From NCBI GenBank assembly GCA_040755035.1, contig JBFMBU010000254.1:2835-66834 (forward strand): a DNA stretch of 64,000 nucleotides, read 5' to 3'. A model generated the notes under the pieces. That model was not told where the DNA came from and did not search any database. It saw only the letters and a list, made by a program, of their open reading frames with translations. Made by a program: the position numbers and the translations under genes. The DNA comes from Thermodesulfobacteriota bacterium. GTDB taxonomy: Bacteria > Desulfobacterota > RBG-13-43-22. This document shows positions 8,943 to 18,146 of the stretch, one piece after another; the first letter of the stretch is position 1, and every line of letters begins with the position of its first letter.

Positions 8943-10243
8943 TACAGCTTCCTTTCATCAATGACCCTTTTGGCCTTACCCTCACTGCGGGTGATGGTTC
9001 CTGGGGAAACCAACCGCACCTTAATGCCGATGCCGATTAGGCCCCGCATATGATCTTCGATACTTTTTTCCACTTCTTTGATTTTTTCCTTCCCGGCCTG
9101 ATACACTTCCGGCTTGGCCTCCACATTCACTTCCAGGGTATCCAGATACCCCTTTTTGCGGACGATGATGACATATTGGGGTTCAATCCCCTTTTCATCC
9201 AGCAGCAGGCTTTCGATCTGGGAGGGGAAAACATTGACGCCGCTGATGATCAGCATATCATCGGTTCTTCCATAAACCTTTTCCATCTTTACCAGTGTCC
9301 GTCCGCATTCGCATTTTCCCCTTTGCAATCGGGTGATATCTCTGGTGCGATAGCGGAGCAAAGGCATGGCCCGCCGCTGAATGGCCGTAAAAACCAGTTC
9401 CCCCTTTGTCCCCTCCGGCAAGACCTCTCCGGTCACCGGATCGACGATCTCGGCCAGGATATGGTCTTCATTGATGTGCAGAAAACCATCCTGGGCCCGG
9501 CAGTCGAAGGCCACCCCGGGCCCCATCATCTCCGTCAGGCCGTAGGCCTCATGGGCCTTGATATGGAGCCGTTCCTCTATTTCCTTTCGCATTTCCACCG
9601 TCCAGGGTTCGGCCCCGAAGATCCCCACCCGTAAACGGAGATTTTTAAAATTAATCCCCATCTCCATGCCCTTTTCCGCGATCGTCAAGGCATAGGAGGG
9701 GGTGCAGCAGAGCACGGTCGTACCGAAATCCTGCATGATGGAGATCTGACGTTCCGTCTGACCCGAAGAGGTAGGAATAACCGTAACCCCTATTTTACTT
9801 GCACCCTGGTGAAATCCCAGCCCCCCGGTGAACAACCCCATACCATAGGCATTTTGAAGCATATCATTGGAACGGACCCCGGCGGCGAATAAATTACGGG
9901 CCATGCAATCGGACCATTGATCCAGATCTTCCGCTGTGTAAGGGCCGGTGATGGGTTTGCCCGTGGTCCCGGAGGAGGCATGAATCCGGACCACATCCGC
10001 CATCGAAACCGCGCATAATCCGAAGGGATAATTGTCCCGCAGGTCGTTTTTTACTGAAAAAGGCAGCTTGGATAGATCCGATAACTCTGTAATGTCCTGC
10101 GGTTTGATCCGCAAATCATCCAGTCTATTTTTGTAAAAGGGGACCTTTTCATAAACCCATTTTACGGTCTGCTGAAGCTGTTTTAATTGGAACTCCCGCA
10201 TTTCCTCCGGCGACATGGTCTCATACTTTTCATTCCAGTACAT
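8942..10243 (-). CDS. paaK: Phenylacetate-CoA ligase-like AMP-forming acyl-CoA ligase
   Basis: MYWNEKYETMSPEEM...LPFSVKNDLRDNYPFG...IHASSGTTGKP is PaaK-family. ATG 10243 has a GAGAGG Shine-Dalgarno; the ORF-track TTG at 10264 is less likely. Confidence 0.85.
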   Translation of the reverse strand: MYWNEKYETMSPEEMREFQLKQLQQTVKWVYEKVPFYKNRLDDLRIKPQDITELSDLSKLPFSVKNDLRDNYPFGLCAVSMADVVRIHASSGTTGKPITGPYTAEDLDQWSDCMARNLFAAGVRSNDMLQNAYGMGLFTGGLGFHQGASKIGVTVIPTSSGQTERQISIMQDFGTTVLCCTPSYALTIAEKGMEMGINFKNLRLRVGIFGAEPWTVEMRKEIEERLHIKAHEAYGLTEMMGPGVAFDCRAQDGFLHINEDHILAEIVDPVTGEVLPEGTKGELVFTAIQRRAMPLLRYRTRDITRLQRGKCECGRTLVKMEKVYGRTDDMLIISGVNVFPSQIESLLLDEKGIEPQYVIIVRKKGYLDTLEVNVEAKPEVYQAGKEKIKEVEKSIEDHMRGLIGIGIKVRLVSPGTITRSEGKAKRVIDERKL

Positions 10244-10274
10244 AGGCGTCCTCTCTTGTTTCAATGGTTCGATT

Positions 10275-10520
10275 TTACGGTTTTGCTTCGATTTCCGACA
10301 GGGCTGCTTTCAGCAGTTTCACTTTTTCCTCAAATTCATTAAATTGTTCGGCGGCAAAACGGACCCCCTGTTTGGTAAACCCGGTGAAGCTGTCGGAGAC
10401 AACATATTTCCTGAGATCGATATAATTTTTACCCTTATATTCCTTCAAAGAAAAAAGGATAAAATCAGTCGAATTGACCTGCAGCCTTCCGATTTCTCCC
10501 TCCACCCTGTCATCGTTCAT
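10275..10520 (-). CDS. PC4/YdbC-like small ssDNA-binding protein (transcriptional coactivator p15 fold)
   Basis: An 81-aa protein with ...FSLKEYKGKNYIDLRKYVVSDSFTGFTKQGVRFAAEQFNEF, resembling bacterial PC4-like proteins. Confidence 0.5.
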   Translation of the reverse strand: MNDDRVEGEIGRLQVNSTDFILFSLKEYKGKNYIDLRKYVVSDSFTGFTKQGVRFAAEQFNEFEEKVKLLKAALSEIEAKP

Positions 10521-10969
10521 TGGATCCCCCTTCCCCTTTAAGATTAAAGGTCCTTAGCGTTATTGTTACCAGGTAGCTCCATTCCCGGTTCGAATACGAC
10601 CTCTTAATAAAGCTGTGTGTCCTGTCCAGGAAAATCCAACAGGGCCCTAAAAAGTTTTCGATGGATGACTAACTTTTCTTATTGCCAAGGGTCCTATTCT
10701 GTCAAGAAAAAAGGGGGAGGTCAAGCAAAGGAGTATAAATCGCTGGAAAAATTCTTGACATCCCCATAGGGGTATGATAGAAGCTGAGGGACTCTGTAAT
10801 TAATTTCACAAGTAATATCTTTTAGTTATTAAAAATCAACCCTGTTTTTTTAAAAGGAGGTGGGGAAAAAGTCTAATCGCAGATTGGAACGATTTTACAA
10901 CCCATTAATTTTCCTTAAAGTTCAAAAAAACCTGGTTCAATACAAAACAAAAGAAGGAGGAGAGAGATT

Positions 10970-13039
10970 ATGAGTATTATTGTTTTTGCCCTTATCTGCG
11001 GCGGGCTGGGTGTCCTGTATGCCCTGGTAACTGCCGGATGGGTTTCCAAACAGGATGCCGGATCCGACCGTATGCAGCAGATTTCCAATGCGGTTAAGGA
11101 AGGGGCCTATGCCTTTCTTTCCCGCGAGTACAAAACCGTGGCCATTGTGGCCGTGATTTTGTTAATCGTTATCGCCCTGATCCCGGCCCTCGGTCCCTGG
11201 ACGGCCCTTGGTTTTCTGATCGGGACCGCTGGTTCGGCCTTTGCCGGGTTCGTCGGCATGTGGGTTACCGTGCGGGCCAATGTCCGGACCACACAGGCGG
11301 CTAAAAAGGGAATCCAGTCCGCACTGACCCTTTCCTTCAAGGGCGGTTCGGTAACCGGTATCATGGTCGTCGGTCTGGGTATCATCGGCCTGGCCGGGTA
11401 TTTTGCCCTGGCCCGATCCATGGCCGGAGAATCCGCTTTCCATGCCCTGGTCGGTCTGGGCTTCGGCTGTTCCCTGATGAGCGTTTTCGCCCGTATTGCC
11501 GGCGGTATTTACACCAAGGCTGCCGACGTTGGTGCCGACCTGGTCGGGAAGGTGGAAGCCGGTATCCCGGAAGACGATCCCCGCAACCCGGCCGTTATCG
11601 CCGACAACGTCGGGGATAACGTCGGTGACTGCGCGGGTATGGCCGCTGACCTCTATGAAACCTATACCGTGACCCTGGTGGCCGCCATGCTCTTGGCCAA
11701 ATCCGTTTTCGGGGGAGACAGCCCCTGGGTCGAGTTCCCGCTTCTTTTAGGCGGGGTGTCCATCATCGCCTCCATCATCGGTACCTACTTTGTTAAGCTC
11801 GGCGCCAAACAATACATTATGGGCGCCTTGTACAAAGGGTTGGCAGTCGCCGGAATCCTGGCTGCCATCGCCTTTTACTTTGTAACTTCCTGGTTCATGA
11901 GCGGGCTCGGCGACAAAACCGGCGGTTTCACCCCTATGAGCATCTTCGGTACGGCCCTTATCGGTCTGATCCTGACCGGCCTCATCGTCTGGATCACCGA
12001 ATACTATACCTCCGGTAAATTCCGGCCGGTGAAAACCATCGCCAAGGCCAGTCTGACCGGCCACGGCACCAACGTCATCGCCGGGTTGGCCATGAGTATG
12101 GAAGCCACGGCCCTGCCTGCTCTGGTGATCGTCGGGTCGATAGTCGGTGCCTTTGCGCTCGGTGGTGGATTCGCCGGCAATTGGGAAAGCGGGCTTTTTG
12201 CCATCGCCCTTTCCGCGGTTTCCATGCTTTCCATGACCGGTATCGTAGTGGCTATTGACTCCTATGGACCGATCACCGACAACGCCGGCGGGATCGCCGA
12301 GATGGCTGAACTGCCGGAAAGCGTCCGGGCGGTTACCGATCCCCTGGATGCCGTAGGAAATACCACCAAAGCCGTTACCAAGGGTTATGCCATCGGCTCC
12401 GCAGCCCTGGCCGCCCTGGTTTTGTTTGCCGAATATGCCCGGGAACTGGCTAAAACCATTCAGGGACTCACTTTCGATCTATCCGATCCGATGATTATCG
12501 CCGGTCTGTTTATCGGTGGCCTGATCCCCTATTATTACGGCGGTCGTTTGATGCTGGCCGTTGGGCGGGCTGCCGGGGGCGTGGTGGAAGAAGTTCGCCG
12601 ACAATTCCGTGAGATCAAAGGCATCATGGAAGGCACCGGTAAACCCGAATACGGCAAATGTGTCGATATCGTTACCAAGTCGGCCATCAAAGAAATGATG
12701 ATTCCGGCCTTGATTCCGGTGGTAGCCCCCATTCTGGTCGGGTTTATCCTCGGCCCCAAGGCTTTGGGCGGCCTTTTGATCGGAAGCATTCTGACCGGTC
12801 TTTTTCAAGCCATTGCTATGACCTCCGGCGGCGGTGCCTGGGACAACGCCAAGAAATCCTTTGAAGACGGTGTCACCGATGACAAAGGGGTCCTGCATAA
12901 AAAAGGCAGCGACGGTCACAAGGCTTCGGTCACGGGCGATACGGTCGGCGATCCTTATAAGGATACGGCCGGTCCGGCCATTAACCCTATGATCAAGGTC
13001 ATTAACATTGTGGCCCTGTTGATCATCCCCTTGCTCTAA
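10970..13039 (+). CDS. hppA: Membrane-integral H+-translocating pyrophosphatase, K+-independent type
   Basis: A 689-aa polytopic protein with [19 protein letters not shown] and [17 protein letters not shown]. The motif GNTTKA (Lys rather than Ala) marks K+-independent enzymes. Confidence 0.95.
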   Translation: MSIIVFALICGGLGVLYALVTAGWVSKQDAGSDRMQQISNAVKEGAYAFLSREYKTVAIVAVILLIVIALIPALGPWTALGFLIGTAGSAFAGFVGMWVTVRANVRTTQAAKKGIQSALTLSFKGGSVTGIMVVGLGIIGLAGYFALARSMAGESAFHALVGLGFGCSLMSVFARIAGGIYTKAADVGADLVGKVEAGIPEDDPRNPAVIADNVGDNVGDCAGMAADLYETYTVTLVAAMLLAKSVFGGDSPWVEFPLLLGGVSIIASIIGTYFVKLGAKQYIMGALYKGLAVAGILAAIAFYFVTSWFMSGLGDKTGGFTPMSIFGTALIGLILTGLIVWITEYYTSGKFRPVKTIAKASLTGHGTNVIAGLAMSMEATALPALVIVGSIVGAFALGGGFAGNWESGLFAIALSAVSMLSMTGIVVAIDSYGPITDNAGGIAEMAELPESVRAVTDPLDAVGNTTKAVTKGYAIGSAALAALVLFAEYARELAKTIQGLTFDLSDPMIIAGLFIGGLIPYYYGGRLMLAVGRAAGGVVEEVRRQFREIKGIMEGTGKPEYGKCVDIVTKSAIKEMMIPALIPVVAPILVGFILGPKALGGLLIGSILTGLFQAIAMTSGGGAWDNAKKSFEDGVTDDKGVLHKKGSDGHKASVTGDTVGDPYKDTAGPAINPMIKVINIVALLIIPLL

Positions 13040-13045
13040 AAAAGC

Positions 13046-13087
13046 CGTTCGTTGTTGGTCGTTCGGCGTTCGTCGTTTTTCGTTTAC
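13046..13087. repeat. Heptanucleotide-periodic tract (CGTTNNN x6)
   Basis: cgttcgt tgttggt cgttcgg cgttcgt cgttttt cgtttac lies directly after the hppA stop. Confidence 0.6.
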
Positions 13088-13139
13088 TAAACTCGTTTCC
13101 TTTGAGTGGAAGTAAACGTTCGACGGATTAAATAAAAAA

Positions 13140-13178
13140 GAGGGAACCGGAAATTTTTTCGGTTCCCTCTTTTTTTTA
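13140..13178 (+). terminator. Rho-independent terminator of hppA
   Basis: A 10-bp stem GAGGGAACCG/CGGTTCCCTC with a 10-nt loop is followed by a T9 run. Confidence 0.8.
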
Positions 13179-13264
13179 TTTCCGGGTTAGAATTTGATTT
13201 ATTCCGATCGGTTTGATATAATCAAAAAATATCAATCATACCCACCTCTTTTTAGGAGGGCCCC

Positions 13265-14446
13265 ATGCGCTATCTAAACGATCTGGACCTAAAAAATAAA
13301 AAGCTCCTGATCCGGGTGGATTTTAACGTCCCCCTGGATAAAAACCAAAACATCACTGACGACACCCGCATCCGCGGGGTGTTGCCCACCATCAATTACG
13401 CCCTGGATCAAAAGACCGTTGTAATCCTTTGTTCCCATTTGGGCCGCCCCAAAGGGAAACCGGTCCCGGAGATGAGCCTGGCCCCGGTGGCCCGGCGTTT
13501 GGGCCGACTCCTGCAAAAAGAGGTAACCATGGCCCCGGATTGCATCGGTCCGGAAGTCAAAAAAATGATCGAGGTCCTGAAGCCTGGGGATATTCTGCTT
13601 TTGGAAAATTTGCGCTTTCACTCCGAAGAAGAGAAAAATGACGAGACCTTCGCTGGCGCCTTGGCTGAAGTGTGTGATATATACATAAATGACGCCTTCG
13701 CCGTCTCCCATCGGGCCCATGCCTCGGTAGAGGCCGTGACCCGTTTTGCCAAGGTATGTGCCGCCGGTTTCCTTCTCAAGGATGAGATTAAATTCTTTCA
13801 CCAGTCCATGGAAGATCCGGCCCGGCCCCTGGCGGCCATCATCGGAGGTTCAAAAGTCAGCAGTAAGCTGGGGGCGTTGGAGAATCTCCTCAAACATGTA
13901 AATAAAATGATTATCGGCGGAGCCATGGCCAATACCTTTTTAAAAAGCCTTGGCTATGAGGTCGGCAAATCTTTAGTGGAAGAGGATTTGGTTCTAAAGG
14001 CCGGAGAATTAATGGAGAAGGCCAGGGAACTGGGCGTAAAATTTTATCTTCCTGTGGATTGCGTTGCCGGCAGCGCCCTGGAAGCCCAGGCCGAAAACAT
14101 AACCACCACGGTACAGGAGGTACCTAAAGATTGGATGATTCTCGATATCGGACCGGCCACCTCCCTCCTTTTCTCCGAGGCCCTGGTCAATGCCAAAACA
14201 ATCATCTGGAACGGCCCTATGGGGGCCTTTGAAATCGACCCTTTTTCCCATGGGACCATGGAAATGGTCCGCACCGTGGCCGGATCCAGGGCCTTAACCA
14301 TCGTCGGTGGAGGCGATACCGATGTGGCGGTCCATAAAGCCGGCGAATCATCGAATATATCCTATATCTCTACCGGCGGCGGGGCCTTTCTGGAACTTTT
14401 GGAAGGGAAAAAACTGCCGGGGATCGCGGCCTTGGAGAATTGTTAA
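13265..14446 (+). CDS. pgk: Phosphoglycerate kinase
   Basis: [12 protein letters not shown]..., HLGRPKG and GGGDT motifs in a 393-aa protein, with an AGGAGG Shine-Dalgarno. Confidence 0.95.
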   Translation: MRYLNDLDLKNKKLLIRVDFNVPLDKNQNITDDTRIRGVLPTINYALDQKTVVILCSHLGRPKGKPVPEMSLAPVARRLGRLLQKEVTMAPDCIGPEVKKMIEVLKPGDILLLENLRFHSEEEKNDETFAGALAEVCDIYINDAFAVSHRAHASVEAVTRFAKVCAAGFLLKDEIKFFHQSMEDPARPLAAIIGGSKVSSKLGALENLLKHVNKMIIGGAMANTFLKSLGYEVGKSLVEEDLVLKAGELMEKARELGVKFYLPVDCVAGSALEAQAENITTTVQEVPKDWMILDIGPATSLLFSEALVNAKTIIWNGPMGAFEIDPFSHGTMEMVRTVAGSRALTIVGGGDTDVAVHKAGESSNISYISTGGGAFLELLEGKKLPGIAALENC

Positions 14447-14469
14447 TCCAGACCCAAATGAGGCACTAA

Positions 14470-15240
14470 ATGAAAAAAAAAGATCGCCGCCCCTGGATCG
14501 GGGGAAACTGGAAGATGTTTAAAACCGTTCCCGAAGCTCGCGAATTCATAACGGGCTTGATACCCGCCCTCCCCCATCCTTTAGAGACGGATGTGGTCAT
14601 CGCCCCGCCCTTTACCGCCCTTAATACCTCTTCCCAGGAACTGCAGGGCAGTCCGGTGCAGTTGGCGGCCCAGAACGTCCATTGGGCCGAAGAAGGGGCC
14701 TTTACCGGTGAGATTTCCGTACGGATGCTCAAAGATATGGGCTGCACCTATTCCCTGATCGGTCATTCCGAACGGCGGCATGTCTTTGGTGAAACGGATG
14801 ATCAGGTCCGGAAAAAGGTGATGGCCTGTTTACAAGGGGGTTTGAAACCGGTTCTTTGTGTCGGGGAAACGCTGCCGGAGAGGGACGCCGGACAGATCCA
14901 GGAGGTCATCCGTCGTCAGATAAGGGTGGGCCTTCAGGGAATCTCGGAAGCGGATCTCACTGGAATCATCATCGCCTATGAACCGGTCTGGGCCATCGGT
15001 ACCGGGCGGTCGGCCACCCCGGCTGCGGCCCAGGAAGTCCATGCTTTTATTCGAGGTTTACTGGTCGAAGGCTTTAACAAAACCCTTGCAATGGGAACCA
15101 GGATTGTGTATGGTGGGAGCGTTACACCTGACAATATCCGGGACTTATATGTTCAAAAGGATATTGACGGGGCGTTGGTAGGGGGTGCCAGTCTGAAAAT
15201 AGAAAAATTTTTGCCCCTTATCCGGGAGGTTAATCAATAA
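14470..15240 (+). CDS. tpiA: Triosephosphate isomerase
   Basis: GGNWKM, IGHSERR, AYEPVWAIGTG and YGGSV motifs. Confidence 0.95.
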   Translation: MKKKDRRPWIGGNWKMFKTVPEAREFITGLIPALPHPLETDVVIAPPFTALNTSSQELQGSPVQLAAQNVHWAEEGAFTGEISVRMLKDMGCTYSLIGHSERRHVFGETDDQVRKKVMACLQGGLKPVLCVGETLPERDAGQIQEVIRRQIRVGLQGISEADLTGIIIAYEPVWAIGTGRSATPAAAQEVHAFIRGLLVEGFNKTLAMGTRIVYGGSVTPDNIRDLYVQKDIDGALVGGASLKIEKFLPLIREVNQ

Positions 15241-15246
15241 GGCGTT

Positions 15247-15621
15247 ATGGCAACTTTAACCATTATCATTCACATTATCGTCTGTTTCGCCCTGATCCTG
15301 ATCGTTCTGCTTCAAACCGGGAAAGGTGCCAGCATGGGGGCCGCCTTCGGTGGTTCGAGCCAGACGATTTTCGGCAGCAGCGGGGCCACGACTTTTTTAT
15401 CCAAGCTTACCACCGTAGCAGCGGCGGTATTTATGATCACCTCCCTGCTGCTCGCTTTCCTATACGGACCAGGGTCAAGAAGCACCTCGATGGTAGGGAT
15501 CCCTTCCACGGCTACCCAGCAGAAATCGGCCCCGATACAGCCTCAAACAGGTTCTCCGGCGACACCGGCTCCGGCGCCCCCTGCAGCCCCGGCCGCTCCG
15601 GCGAACCCTGTCAGCAAATAA
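15247..15621 (+). CDS. secG: Preprotein translocase subunit SecG (with Pro/Ala-rich tail)
   Basis: LLQTGKGASMGAAFGGSSQTIFGS is the SecG signature. The conserved tpiA-secG-tRNA-Leu order supports the call. Confidence 0.85.
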   Translation: MATLTIIIHIIVCFALILIVLLQTGKGASMGAAFGGSSQTIFGSSGATTFLSKLTTVAAAVFMITSLLLAFLYGPGSRSTSMVGIPSTATQQKSAPIQPQTGSPATPAPAPPAAPAAPANPVSK

Positions 15622-15632
15622 ACATCCCATGT

Positions 15633-15718
15633 GCCGAAGTGGTGGAATCTGGTAGACACACCATCTTGAGGGGGTGGCGGGTAACTCCGTGCGGGTTCGA
15701 GTCCCGCCTTCGGCACCA
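15633..15718 (+). tRNA. tRNA-Leu (anticodon GAG), CCA encoded
   Basis: The acceptor stem is GCCGAAG/CTTCGGC. The anticodon stem is CCATC/GGTGG with loop TTGAGGG. There is a long variable arm and the T-arm GCGGGTTCGAGTCCCGC. Confidence 0.9.
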
Positions 15719-15724
15719 AAATTG

Positions 15725-15756
15725 ATGAGCAGGCCTTGGTTGGCCTGCTCATTTTG
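15725..15756 (+). terminator. Rho-independent terminator after tRNA-Leu
   Basis: An 11-bp stem ATGAGCAGGCC/GGCCTGCTCAT with loop TTGGTT is followed by TTTT. Confidence 0.7.
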
Positions 15757-15777
15757 TCTTGGAAATCCGAACAGAAA

Positions 15778-15978
15778 ATGGCAAAAAATAACATCAGAGA
15801 TTATTATTGCAGCGTAATCCATGAACCGGTTAAGATTCATCTCAAAAATCGTGTGAATTTCGGTCTCAAGTACAAAAAAGATTTTTTTGTCAAATGCGAT
15901 CAGGAGGATTGCCAATACGTCGATGCCAACGTCCCCCCCTGTCCGTTAGCCTTAGCCATGTTTGATATGCCGGGGTAA
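15778..15978 (+). CDS. Hypothetical small Cys-containing protein
   Basis: MAKNNIRDYYCSVIHEPVK...CDQEDCQYVDANVPPCPLA. There is no clear Shine-Dalgarno. The upstream part of the tracked ORF overlaps the tRNA terminator, so ATG 15778 is preferred. Confidence 0.3.
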   Translation: MAKNNIRDYYCSVIHEPVKIHLKNRVNFGLKYKKDFFVKCDQEDCQYVDANVPPCPLALAMFDMPG

Positions 15979-16044
15979 ATTCAGATAGCGCTTATCAGCG
16001 GAGGATTCAATCCGGTTTCGCTGACTTGAAGATCGATGGGTAAA

Positions 16045-16085
16045 CAAAAAAAGGGGGGGCCTGAAAAAATGCCCCCCCTTTTTGT
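16045..16085. terminator. Bidirectional hairpin terminator (A-run, GGGGGGGC/GCCCCCCC stem, T-run)
   Basis: aaaaaaGGGGGGGCctgaaaaaatGCCCCCCCttttt lies between convergent genes (15978 end, 16100 end). Confidence 0.7.
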
Positions 16086-16099
16086 TTATTATGGGTTTC

Positions 16100-16303
16100 T
16101 TAGATAAGAGTTACATTTGACGCCGAAGGTCCCTTTGGACCTTTTTCAATATCAAATCTTACCCGCTGGCCCTCGTTGAGAGTCCGAAAACCCTCCATGG
16201 TGATGGCTGAATGGTGGATAAAGACATCCTTTTCCTGACCATCCACATCGATAAAGCCAAATCCTTTGCTCTCATTGAACCATTTTACGCTTCCTTCTGC
16301 CAT
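16100..16303 (-). CDS. cspA: Cold-shock protein, CspA family
   Basis: [15 protein letters not shown] (RNP1) and VFIHHSAI (RNP2) in a 67-aa protein. Confidence 0.95.
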   Translation of the reverse strand: MAEGSVKWFNESKGFGFIDVDGQEKDVFIHHSAITMEGFRTLNEGQRVRFDIEKGPKGPSASNVTLI

Positions 16304-16465
16304 AGTCGTATTCCTCCTTTGGAATTATTTCTCAAGTTGGGATACGACCAAAAAAAAAGGCATCTGGAATAAAAGTCCCCGATACCTCAACTTGCCGACT
16401 TTTTTCACCAACTTCGACCGCCATCTCATCCCTAAGGGGCAGATAACGGATTTTCTTATTTGCAT

Positions 16466-16494
16466 AATATAATCCTATTCAGAACCATTGTCAA
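16466..16494 (-). promoter_or_regulatory. Sigma70-type promoter of the csp gene with long 5' UTR
   Basis: On the minus strand, TTGACA (16494-16489), a 17-nt spacer and TATATT (16471-16466). This predicts a ~155-nt leader, as is typical for cspA genes. Confidence 0.55.
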
Positions 16495-16515
16495 GCTTTA
16501 TTTGGTAAGGTGACC

Positions 16516-17103
16516 TCAACTCAATCGATGCAGTACGGACAGGGCATGTATGGCTTTTTCCGGTGAAGTAAAAACAGGAATCTGCTGCTCTTCCAGCCAT
16601 TGCAGGGTCTCATGGGTCCCCGACTCCATCCCCGCCACCCAGACGGCCAAGGGTTTGCCCGAGAGGGGAAGCCGGTTAAAAAACCCAAGAAATTCCCTCG
16701 GCGCCTGGACGATCATCTGCCGGGGGAGCTGAATATGGAGGGCATCAACCGCCTCGTCCTGGCACATGGCCGTAACCAGGGTTTCATAAACCCGGAAAGA
16801 GTCGTTGAATTGCAGGGCGACACCGAGGTCGAAGGGGTTGGAGGGAGTGGCCCAGGGAGGGGAGACGGAACGGAGTTGCTCGGTGGTTCGTTTTCCGGGA
16901 ATGGCCATCTTCAGCCCCTCCTGCTGAACAAGGTCGGACATGATTACCGCTTCACGATCTTGTCCTAAAATTACATGCCCGAGGGTCAGGGCATCGATGG
17001 AGAAACGGGAACGGATACGGGACAATAGCTGGTTGAGTATCCCCCCTTCCACCTCCAGGAGACCGGCTACGTAAGAGACGGTTCCGCCGCTAATCAGGAC
17101 CAA
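16516..17103 (-). pseudogene. ADP-forming acyl-CoA synthetase (CoA-ligase/flavodoxin-like domain) remnant
   Basis: ...NPFDLGV...DEAVDALHIQL...GKPLAVWVAGMESG...LEEQQIPVFTSPEKAIHAL matches only the C-terminal ligase-CoA part. The upstream in-frame sequence (to ~17220) reads RFFEKGIIGVGD.., but the CoA-binding domain is missing. Confidence 0.35.
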
Positions 17104-17434
17104 GGGGATCAGACCAGACCGAGAAAGGAGACAGGAAGGGCCCAGCAGTATCTGAAGATTAATAATACTGATTTTAAAATAAACATCCCCTACCCCAATA
17201 ATCCCTTTTTCGAAAAACCTCGGCTTCCACAGTCATCATACCGTTGCAAAAAAAATATCCATTTATTCATTCTAACCTGAAGCTATCAGTCTATCAAGGC
17301 GGTTTATTCATATCGACGGACCTCACCTTGAGTGTAGTCTAAAGGGGGTATTTAGTAAAGATGCTCATTTTCTATAAAGCCATGAGCGATAGTGACCTTA
17401 GAGGCATTACTAACAATCTGCCTTACCCTTCGGG

Positions 17435-17486
17435 AAAGGTGACGGGACGTTCGTGCAGAAAGAGGTGACGGGACGTTCGTGCAGAA
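17435..17486 (+). repeat. 26-bp tandem duplication carrying REP-like core GGGACGTTCGTGCAGAA
   Basis: aaaGGTGACGGGACGTTCGTGCAGAA (17435-17460) is followed by agaGGTGACGGGACGTTCGTGCAGAA (17461-17486). Confidence 0.8.
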
Positions 17487-17675
17487 AGTGCTTTGCTAAA
17501 ATCACCCCTTTCAATCATATCGCTTTTTTAATTCTGTTAATTTACCCCCTGATGAAACCGCCTGAGAAAAACAAAATTTCGTCCCATTACATGGGGCAAA
17601 ACTCCTTGAGCATCTAATCTGGCTGATCTAGGCATGATCATTTTTAACGAATTGATCTTTAATAGACAAGGCAAC

Positions 17676-17694
17676 TTCTGCACGAACGTCCCCT
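17676..17694 (-). repeat. Inverted copy of the REP-like core
   Basis: TTCTGCACGAACGTCCCCT is the reverse complement of the core at 17444/17470 and is identical to 6580-6598. Confidence 0.8.
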
Positions 17695-18006
17695 ATGACT
17701 GAAAATGGTTTCCCCGGCCCTACAAAAACGACCCGGGAAAACCGGCTATCGCCGGCCTCCCCTCGGACTCGATCCGGGGGCGAACAGGTTTCAAGTACCC
17801 GAAGGGCCTGCCAGTGAGGGGGCGGCAAGTCGCCGCCACCTCGTCCCGCCTTTGTCTGTGGTAAAAAATGATTTTCAATTTTTAAAAAGGCTACACTGAT
17901 ACGGAAATAGAAGTTTTTTAGTGAAATTTATATTAAACGTCTAAAAAAGGTGGGTTTTTTTTAGATTCCAAAATCCTTTCGGAATAAATGGAACCAACAA
18001 AACTAC

Positions 18007-18146
18007 TTGACTTTTAAAAAGAAATAATATCTATAATTCTATGTTATGTAAACATCAACTTTTTTCTTGCTTTCAACCCCTGCCAAAGGAGTTGTGATGG
18101 AAGAATAGACCCCATTTCTCGTCCGGAGAGAAATGGGGTTTTTTAT
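18007..18146 (+). ncRNA. Candidate small RNA / orphan transcription unit
   Basis: TTGACT (18007-18012), a 19-nt spacer and TATAAT (18032-18037), then ~70 nt containing AAGGAG plus a 3-codon ORF (ATG GAA GAA TAG, 18097-18108), then a strong terminator. There is no protein gene on this strand for >2 kb upstream. Confidence 0.3.
18109..18146 (+). terminator. Strong rho-independent terminator
   Basis: A perfect 12-bp stem ACCCCATTTCTC/GAGAAATGGGGT with a 7-nt loop is followed by TTTTTTATTT. Confidence 0.8.

Noticed and set aside
17797-17812. ACCCGAAGGGCCTGCC resembles the B12 box (..CCCGAAGACCTGCC..) of cobalamin riboswitches.
   Set aside because: By eye I could not find the other conserved riboswitch elements (GGGAA..GGTG..AATCC..CCCGC.ACTG, GCCACTG) in proper order. 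No B12-related gene follows. This needs a covariance-model scan before any call.
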